In this document: positions 46,406 through 53,423 of the stretch, piece by piece
Layout of the letters: each line of letters starts with the position of its first letter
Numbering within the stretch: position 1 is the first letter of the stretch
NCBI GenBank assembly: GCA_013416795.1
Contig: RQSC01001202.1
Span: 166,907-220,329, forward strand
Origin: Prasinococcaceae sp. CCMP 1430
Taxonomy: Eukaryota; Plantae; Prasinodermophyta
DNA length: 53,423 nt
Direction: 5' to 3'
The notes under the pieces: model-generated
Told to the model about the DNA's origin: nothing
Database searches by the model: none
The model's input: only the letters and a program-made list of their open reading frames with translations
Translations under genes and position numbers: made by a program

Positions 46406-47270
46406 ATGGATGAGGGCGAAGAAGAAGAGGGCGACGACGGAGAAGAGGCAGACGCCAAGCCCAAGNCGACTTCAGGGTTTCGGAGCCCCCCCCCGCCCGA
46501 GCGCGCGCGGGCGCTCGACCCACGCACAGGCGTGCCTGTGCGCAGCCGACGGCGGCGAGCGGCAAAGACCGCCATCGAGCGCGCGCCCGCGGGCACTGCG
46601 GTGCGCGCGTCACGCGTGGGGGGCGAGCTGCTCATCGAAGTGCCGAGCAAGGGCCTGCGCGCCGCCAGCGGCACCTTCGGCTTTGCCGTTGTCTGGAACG
46701 CGTGAGTATCGCCGCGCCGCGCGGCGCCGTCCTCCCCGCCCCGCCCCGACCCGGCCCTGCGCCGCGCCGCGCCGCGCCGCGCTGCGCTGCGCTGACGCGC
46801 TGCGCTGACGTCGGGTCCCGCCGCTTTTACGCAAGGTTTGTGGCCTTCTGGACGGTCAGCGCGGCCGCTGGTGGCGGGCTGCTCTTCGCGGCGTTCTCTC
46901 TCCCCTTCTGGAGCGCCGGCGCCGTTATGGCGCGCAAAGCATTCCAAGAGATCGCCGAGGAAACCACGCTCACGATATCGCCCGACACGTACTCGCTCAA
47001 GTCAGTGGCGGCCGGGCGAGTGATGGCGGCGGTGTCGGGCGAGACCGAAGACGTCGAAGGCGCGAGGGTGGTCATAAGCGGGTCCGTCAACGACGTGCCG
47101 CTCACCGAACTCGAGCTGGTCTTGGGTGCGGACGAGATGTCGCTTGGCGCCGGCCTCACCACGAGGGAGAAGGAGTGGGTGCGCGACTGCATCAACGAAT
47201 ACTTGGCAGCCGTCGACAGCGCCGACGAGGCGCTGATGCTAGGCGAGAGCGAGCGCGAGAGCGAGCTATG
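46406..47270 (+). CDS. Conserved hypothetical two-transmembrane protein; intron 46702-46835; start uncertain
   Basis: FAVVWNA|FVAFWT...FSLPFW hydrophobic hairpin and C-terminal LGAGLTTREKEW. Phase-2 intron. Confidence 0.6.
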
Positions 47271-47295
47271 AGCCAGATATTACACCGTGAGTTAA

Positions 47296-48420
47296 TTAAG
47301 CGCCCCGGGGCTCGTTGATCCGCACAGTGGGTGGCTCCCCTCTGGCGACCCTCTTGACTTCGCGCACGACCACGCGCGCCATCGTTCGGTAGGACGCATC
47401 TGTGACCCCCGCGACATGCGGCGTCGCCACAACACGCGGGTGGCGGAGGAGCGCCGCGTGGGGCGCGTCCGAAAGGGGTAGTGGGAAGGGTTCCGTGTCG
47501 AAGACGTCCGTGCCAAATCCGCCGAGCGTGCCGCTGTCGAGCGCCGAGGATACTGCCGTGTAGTCTACGAGCCCGCCCCTCGCAATGTTGATCAGCAGCG
47601 CGCCGGGCTTGAGCTTTGCGAGGAAGGCATCGTCCACGAGCCTGCGCGTGGACTCATTTTGCGTGCAGGTCAACACCACCAGATCGGCCCGTGCGGCGAA
47701 TGCCCCCAGCTCCTCCGGCGAGCCTCCCTCGCTCACGCCGGCGGGCAGCGCGTCCGCGCCGCCGCCGCCAGCCTCCCCGCCTTCGCGCCGCCCCTTGCAC
47801 CCCCAGCGCGAGCGCCGTACGGCGAGCACGCGCATATCGAACGCCGCCAGCCGCCGCGCGACCTGCTCGCCGAGCGCGCCGCACCCATAGATGAGCGCAG
47901 TGCGTCCGAACAGCGCGAGGCCCGTGGGGGAGCCCAGCAAACCGCGCGCAACGCTCTCGTCCATCGCGCGCTGCTTTCGCGCCAGCGCCAGCGCGAGGTA
48001 GACGGCGTGCTCTGCGCAAGACGCGGCGTTGCCCGTGCTCTCAGCGGGAATGTTCGACACGTGGACACCCCGCCTCGTGCACTCGTGGACATCGACACCC
48101 TCGAGGCCCACGCCGAACTGGATGACGAGCCGCACGAGCGGCGCAGCGTCGAGCATGGCGGCATCGACGGGCGTCATGAATGGCACGAGCACGTGTGCGC
48201 GCGCGAGCACGGCCTCGTTGCCAGCAATGACCTGCGTGGGCAGCTGCTCCACGCGCATGTGCACCTCCTCATCGACGAGGTTCGCGGCAGCCTCGCGCGT
48301 GAATGCAAAGCCGTCGCCGAAGTGCGGGCCGCAGAAAACGACCAGGAAGTCGGAGCTGGCGGTGGCGGCGGCGGAGGCTCCGACGGCGCTCGTGACGGCG
48401 GGCGTCCCGGCATCCCCCAT
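47296..48420 (-). CDS. D-isomer-specific 2-hydroxyacid dehydrogenase
   Basis: Motifs QFGVGLEGVD, GNAASCAEH, IYGCGALG, INIARGGLVD and TPHVAG. Confidence 0.9.
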   Translation of the reverse strand: MGDAGTPAVTSAVGASAAATASSDFLVVFCGPHFGDGFAFTREAAANLVDEEVHMRVEQLPTQVIAGNEAVLARAHVLVPFMTPVDAAMLDAAPLVRLVIQFGVGLEGVDVHECTRRGVHVSNIPAESTGNAASCAEHAVYLALALARKQRAMDESVARGLLGSPTGLALFGRTALIYGCGALGEQVARRLAAFDMRVLAVRRSRWGCKGRREGGEAGGGGADALPAGVSEGGSPEELGAFAARADLVVLTCTQNESTRRLVDDAFLAKLKPGALLINIARGGLVDYTAVSSALDSGTLGGFGTDVFDTEPFPLPLSDAPHAALLRHPRVVATPHVAGVTDASYRTMARVVVREVKRVARGEPPTVRINEPRGA

Positions 48421-48948
48421 GTAGCGCGCGTTGGCGAGCAAGCGCCCTCGCCTCGCGCCCGCGCGGCGCCGGGGAGCGGGGAGGTTCGCGCGCCTGCGCG
48501 CGGGCGCGACACCGCGGCGCGCAGCGGCGAGGCCCGTCGCGAGGAGCGAGGGAAGGAGACCTCTTCGAGTCTCGCCATAACTGAGAGCGGTGTTTCGCAG
48601 AGGCCTTGTTGGCCGTGTTCGGTGGGTACGAGGCAAGAGCGAGATCGAGGCGCGCGCGATTACGGGAGGACTGCCGCCTGAGTGGCTGCGCATGCCGACG
48701 CAGCGCCCCGGCGCCGCGAGAGCGAGCCAGGCGCCACCGCCGGCAGGGGTCGCAGTGCCACGCCATGTGACAGCCGCAGCGGGAGGCGTGGGCGTGCCCA
48801 ACTACGACGGAGTCGTGTGTCGAGCATGCCTTGAAGAAAATTTTACAACAAAGGTCGCCTTGAGCGCGCCCAGCGAAGCGCTGGGCTCGCGCCGGCTCGT
48901 ATGTTACCGTATTATACACATCGCTGCTCCTCCCGTCCCCCACCTGCC

Positions 48949-51462
48949 TCACCGGCTCAGGTGCCGCCAGGGCTTGCGGCGCCCATCGTCCGACCGGCGC
49001 TTTTCGCTCCCGGTGTCGCTCGAGACGGTCCAGCGCTTCAGCAGGTCCTGCCAAGAGCCTCGGACCTGGCCCTTGACAAACACTGCGTCCAGCCCCGATT
49101 CGCCAGTGAGCCTGTCGCGCTCCGGTGCGCTCAGTTCGTTGGCGGTGACGAGCACTGCGGCGCCAGTGTAGCCGATCGTGCGTACCTCGTCGCACGCCGT
49201 CGAGCCGCACATGTGCGCCATCTCCTCGTCGAGAAGCAGGAGACCGTACGTCGCACCTCCGCGGATCCGCCGCACCACGTCTTCGCCGTCTGGGACGCAC
49301 TCGTAGCGCAAGCCGAGCCGGCCTAGCACGCGCTCGTACACCATGCGGCAGAGCGCGCTGTCGTCCGCCACGAGTACGTCCGCCGTGACGCCAGGAGAGC
49401 CCGCTGCCACGAGCATCCTCTTGAGCGCACGCGAACAGGAGTCGAGGCCACTTTCTTCGCAGCAGCGGGGCGCCTCGCACACGGGGAGCAGCAGGTTCAC
49501 CGTCGCCGTGGTGCCCGCGCCTTCCACAGATTCGAGCACGAGGGTGCCGCCGATGCCCTCGACGATGCGCCGGCACAGCGGCAGGCCAAGCCCAGTGCCC
49601 TGCTCCTGCGAAAACCCCGTGCGCGTCGCCCCGAAGTCCTCTAGCACGTTGTCCGCCTCCACCACGCTCATACCGCAGCCGCTGTCCACGACAGCGACTG
49701 ACACGCGCACGTGCCCGCCCTTCCGGTCGGCGGCACCCAGGCCTTCGTTTCCGCCGTCGTCACCGTGTATGTGCACATGCTCAAGCCGCCACTCCATCCG
49801 AATGCTGCCCTCCTCGGTGAATTTGTTGGCGTTGGTCACCAGGTTGGTGATCACCTGCACGAGCGCCGTGTGCGACGCGCGCACGTAGCACTCGCCGAGG
49901 AGCCACTCGTCCTGCGCGGCCTGGAGCCGCGCGAGCCGCGCCTTCTTCGACTCACCATCGTTCTCCTTGCCAATGCTGGAGGAGCAGACGTCCCAGGCGC
50001 CCGACGACGTCACGCGCACCACGCTAGCAAAGTTCACCGCAGGGCGGCACCCCACGATGCACCGCCCGACGCTCGCGACGTCCGACACGAGGTCGGCGAG
50101 GCGGGACGCGGCCGTCGGAAAGGCCACCTGCTCAACCTCGCGCGCGCCTGAGATGGTGTCGAGCGCCATCGGGTTCTGAAACGACGGCGCCATGAGCCCC
50201 GAGAGCGCCTTGACGTTGTCAAGGATGGCGTTGATCGACGAGAGCGCCGCGAAGGCGGCCTTCCGGTCTGCTCTGTTGTCGAAGCTGGCCTCCTCGACGA
50301 GATGCATGGCGGGCTCGAGCAGGTTGCGCGTCTCGTGGCTGAGGAAGGTCATGGCGCGCGACACGCGCGCGTTGACCGCGTCGCGCTCCTGTCGCTGCGC
50401 GGCGTCCACCTGGCGCGCGCTGTGGTAGTAGGCGTGCGTGAGCGCCACGCTCGACACCAGCATGGACCAGAAAAACGGATCGCCCACGTACGCCTCGCCG
50501 AGCACGCTCACCAGGGCCACGCGCGTCGCCAGGAAGTCGCCGAAGGTTATGGTGTTCTTCACCTGGCCGAGCACGAGGAGAGACAGCGACACCACCGCGA
50601 GGTCGATCGGCACACAGGACGACTGCTCCGCTCGCAGCCTTGTTGCATCCCCGTGGATGAACAAGAGGGCGTAGAGCGGCGCCGCGCCGTGAATGACCAC
50701 TCCGACGGCACGACGCCTCACGGTCTCGGCCTCGGCGCCCGCCATCCCCAAGGCGAGCGCAATTTTGGCGTACATCCACAGGGGGATGAGGAAAGCGATC
50801 GCGGGGAAGATCGGGACCACGGGCCTCAGCCCCTCCGCCAGAGCCCACGCGCGACAGAGCACGCAACTGGCGAGCACTCTCACGGCATCGGCGGCAGTGG
50901 CGGGCGCGCCGTAGGCGCGGGCGCCCCCTCCCTGATCAATCTCCGTCGCGGCGGTCCAGACGACGTCGCTGAGGGCCACGCACACCATCGCTGCCATCGC
51001 GCACAGGACCCCGACCGCCGCGCCCCGGGTGGAGCGCGGCGGTGCCGCGCCGCGCCGCGCTCGCGGCGCGCGTGCGCTCGTCCTTTCGCGCACCCCCAGA
51101 GCGATCTCGATGGGCTCCTTGTGCACCAGCAGGACGCCGCGCGCCGCGTTCAGCCACACCACCCACGGCGTGAGCCTATCGGCGAGCTCGTCCCCTCCGG
51201 CCCGCCCGGCGGCTCGCAGGAGCGCGCCGGCGCCGAGCGCGAGCGCGCACGAGCGCGCGAAGTACTGGAGGTGTCGCCGCGTCAACGCCGGATCGCCGTT
51301 GGCCGCCCGCCCGCTCGCGAGCCGCACGGAGCCGCCGCGCGCCGTCGGCGGATCGTGCGGATCGTGCAGGTAGTCCGGCACGCCCGCCAGCCAGCGCAGG
51401 CGCGCACGAAGCGCCTGCGCTCGCGTCCACCCCGGCGCAGCGCGCGCCCCCGCGCCCGCCGA
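48949..51462 (-). CDS. Membrane-bound hybrid sensor histidine kinase (multi-TM, HisKA, HATPase, receiver); 5' end in the N gap
   Basis: H-box FLSHETRN, N-box NLVTNANKFT, G1 DSGCGM and G2 GTGLGL. Receiver motifs VADDS, LLDEEM, VTAN and VKG. Confidence 0.9.
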   Translation of the reverse strand, partial: SAGAGARAAPGWTRAQALRARLRWLAGVPDYLHDPHDPPTARGGSVRLASGRAANGDPALTRRHLQYFARSCALALGAGALLRAAGRAGGDELADRLTPWVVWLNAARGVLLVHKEPIEIALGVRERTSARAPRARRGAAPPRSTRGAAVGVLCAMAAMVCVALSDVVWTAATEIDQGGGARAYGAPATAADAVRVLASCVLCRAWALAEGLRPVVPIFPAIAFLIPLWMYAKIALALGMAGAEAETVRRRAVGVVIHGAAPLYALLFIHGDATRLRAEQSSCVPIDLAVVSLSLLVLGQVKNTITFGDFLATRVALVSVLGEAYVGDPFFWSMLVSSVALTHAYYHSARQVDAAQRQERDAVNARVSRAMTFLSHETRNLLEPAMHLVEEASFDNRADRKAAFAALSSINAILDNVKALSGLMAPSFQNPMALDTISGAREVEQVAFPTAASRLADLVSDVASVGRCIVGCRPAVNFASVVRVTSSGAWDVCSSSIGKENDGESKKARLARLQAAQDEWLLGECYVRASHTALVQVITNLVTNANKFTEEGSIRMEWRLEHVHIHGDDGGNEGLGAADRKGGHVRVSVAVVDSGCGMSVVEADNVLEDFGATRTGFSQEQGTGLGLPLCRRIVEGIGGTLVLESVEGAGTTATVNLLLPVCEAPRCCEESGLDSCSRALKRMLVAAGSPGVTADVLVADDSALCRMVYERVLGRLGLRYECVPDGEDVVRRIRGGATYGLLLLDEEMAHMCGSTACDEVRTIGYTGAAVLVTANELSAPERDRLTGESGLDAVFVKGQVRGSWQDLLKRWTVSSDTGSEKRRSDDGRRKPWRHLSR

Positions 51463-53057
51463 NNNNNNNNNNNNNNNNNNNNNNNNNNNNNNNNNNNNNN
51501 NNNNNNNNNNNNNNNNNNNNNNNNNNNNNNNNNNNNNNNNNNNNNNNNNNNNNNNNNNNNNNNNNNNNNNNNNNNNNNNNNNNNNNNNNNNNNNNNNNNN
51601 NNNNNNNNNNNNNNNNNNNNNNNNNNNNNNNNNNNNNNNNNNNNNNNNNNNNNNNNNNNNNNNNNNNNNNNNNNNNNNNNNNNNNNNNNNNNNNNNNNNN
51701 NNNNNNNNNNNNNNNNNNNNNNNNNNNNNNNNNNNNNNNNNNNNNNNNNNNNNNNNNNNNNNNNNNNNNNNNNNNNNNNNNNNNNNNNNNNNNNNNNNNN
51801 NNNNNNNNNNNNNNNNNNNNNNNNNNNNNNNNNNNNNNNNNNNNNNNNNNNNNNNNNNNNNNNNNNNNNNNNNNNNNNNNNNNNNNNNNNNNNNNNNNNN
51901 NNNNNNNNNNNNNNNNNNNNNNNNNNNNNNNNNNNNNNNNNNNNNNNNNNNNNNNNNNNNNNNNNNNNNNNNNNNNNNNNNNNNNNNNNNNNNNNNNNNN
52001 NNNNNNNNNNNNNNNNNNNNNNNNNNNNNNNNNNNNNNNNNNNNNNNNNNNNNNNNNNNNNNNNNNNNAATCGCCCCCAAATCTTCGGCAATCGGTGCGC
52101 TTTCGTTGCCGCCGCTCCGCGGGTTCGACGGGCGGGCGCGCGCGCGAGCGCATGCGCGTCGCCATCGAACACGGCGCCGTCGCGCGTTTCGCGGCGCTCG
52201 GGCGGGGGGGGCGCCGACGCCCGCCGGCCTGCTCCCCGGCCGCAGCGACGAGACCCCCTCGAGGACTCTCCCTCTCGCCGGCCGCCGCGCGCGCGCCCCT
52301 TCGCGCCACCCTTCGCGCCCAACCAACCAACCAAAACCACGAGACGACGACGAGGGCGACGCCATCCACCGGGATCCAAACCCGAGCGAGCGGAGCCGAC
52401 GTGGACGAATAGTACGCGCATGCCGTGGGAGCAATAACGGCCGGCGAGGGCCCCACCCCAGGCCTGGCGAGCTGGTGTGTGTTTGTTGTTGGTGTGTCTG
52501 TCCCTGTCCGCCACGCAGTCAACAGACAGAAGTCGCATCCGACCACTCGGAATGACGTCATGGCATTCGCGCCTGTGGCGGGATCGGATCGAATCGAATC
52601 GCTGGGTGGGCAGGCCGGCAGCTGCCGGCCGGCGGCCCGGCGAGGCCGGGCGCGATTGCGCCACGATTCTGTCCGCCGTTCGCGCGCCCTCGCTCGCAAT
52701 TGGGTTGGTGGGTGGTACCGACTGACGCAGCGCGTATAAGGGTCAATACGCCGCATGTGAGGGGAAAGGGTTTACGACCTCGGGACGCCAGAACCTCTTG
52801 CTTGCGGGCCGACGGTGTACCCAAAAAGGACGGCGGGGCGGGTGGGTGCGGGTGGCTCCCCGGCGCGGACGCGTCCCGACCCGCGTGAGGAAGAGGGGGA
52901 AGGGGGGGGGGGGGGGGGGGGGCGAGGGGGGGGCTGTGGGCTGTGGGCTGAGGAGGAGCCGGCCGCGCCGCCCGCGCGGTCGTGTCGACGCGATCGTGCA
53001 CAGTACAGTGTACAGTAAGGTTACAGGGCGCGCGGGCGCGGGTTGGTGGCGGGCTGC

Positions 53058-53423
53058 TCAGGCGAGCCTGGCGACCTTGCGCGGCTCCCTCAAACCCGTC
53101 TCCTCGCACACCATTTCCATGGCGTCCGCGTCGGCGGCCATGCTGAGGCCCGTCGCCGCGCTGGTCGCCATGACCACGCCCAGCTGCGGCTCGGCAGTGC
53201 CGAGGTAATAGGCGCGCGCGTCGCCCAGGCTGAGCACGCGCGCGGCGACGACGTCGCCCGCGCGGAAGCTGGCGTGCATGTCGACGCTGTCGACTTCCTT
53301 GGCGACCACGTCCTGCTTGCGAAGCACGCCGCCCAGCGCGCCCTCGGGCAGCGGCGCGCCGCCCACGCACAGCACGTCGAGCGCGGCGAGCCGGGGGGTG
53401 ACGCGCGCCACGCGGCACGTGAC
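53058..53423 (-). CDS. CSL4: Exosome complex component Csl4 (3' part, truncated by window end)
   Basis: Motifs GVLRKQDV, SFRAGDVVAARVLSLGD, YYLGTAEPQLGVV and TGLREPRKVA. Confidence 0.92.
   Translation of the reverse strand, partial: VTCRVARVTPRLAALDVLCVGGAPLPEGALGGVLRKQDVVAKEVDSVDMHASFRAGDVVAARVLSLGDARAYYLGTAEPQLGVVMATSAATGLSMAADADAMEMVCEETGLREPRKVARLA

Noticed and set aside
2303-46835. Introner elements
   Set aside because: The introns share only donor and branch consensus and low-complexity sequence; I saw no near-identical intron copies.
48590-49171. Plus-strand ORF with a CxxC motif
   Set aside because: It overlaps the kinase 3' end in antisense and has no family support.
15235-51462. 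RTE1 plus histidine kinase as an ethylene-signalling module
   Set aside because: They are 33 kb apart, the kinase lacks the ethylene-binding motif, and RTE1/TMEM222 is widespread in eukaryotes.

Overview
GC-rich, gene-dense eukaryotic nuclear DNA, most consistent with an early-diverging green alga (prasinophyte-like; this is inference). Introns are short GT-AG, mostly with GTGCG donors and a GCTGAC branch point, and the gene set is plant-like. There are N gaps at 11296-11599, 12608-12854, 17796-17808 and 51463-52068. About 25 protein genes can be reconstructed: Vps39/TGFBRAP1-like, mitochondrial EF-Tu, PAQR/HlyIII, class I peroxidase-ankyrin fusion, SerA, DHDPS, RTE1/TMEM222, a secreted tandem solute-binding protein, a sulfotransferase-like protein, cyclin T-like, E(z), a KH protein, an ARM protein, PIG-O, Rpn13, proteasome alpha6, SLP phosphatase, a 2-hydroxyacid dehydrogenase, a hybrid histidine kinase and Csl4. 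Highlights: (1) in-phase upstream exons of both DHDPS and SerA sit back-to-back downstream of the DHDPS stop, which is either exon scrambling or an assembly artefact; (2) a cluster of introns built from complementary (TG)n...(CA)n tracts with no polypyrimidine tract; (3) a secreted, circularly permuted, tandem amino-acid-binding (PBP2) protein with a Lys/Cys tail; (4) a palindromic TACWGTA motif just after several stop codons; (5) a decayed ABC1-kinase fragment in AT-rich flanks. No tRNA, rRNA, CRISPR array or autonomous transposon was recognised.
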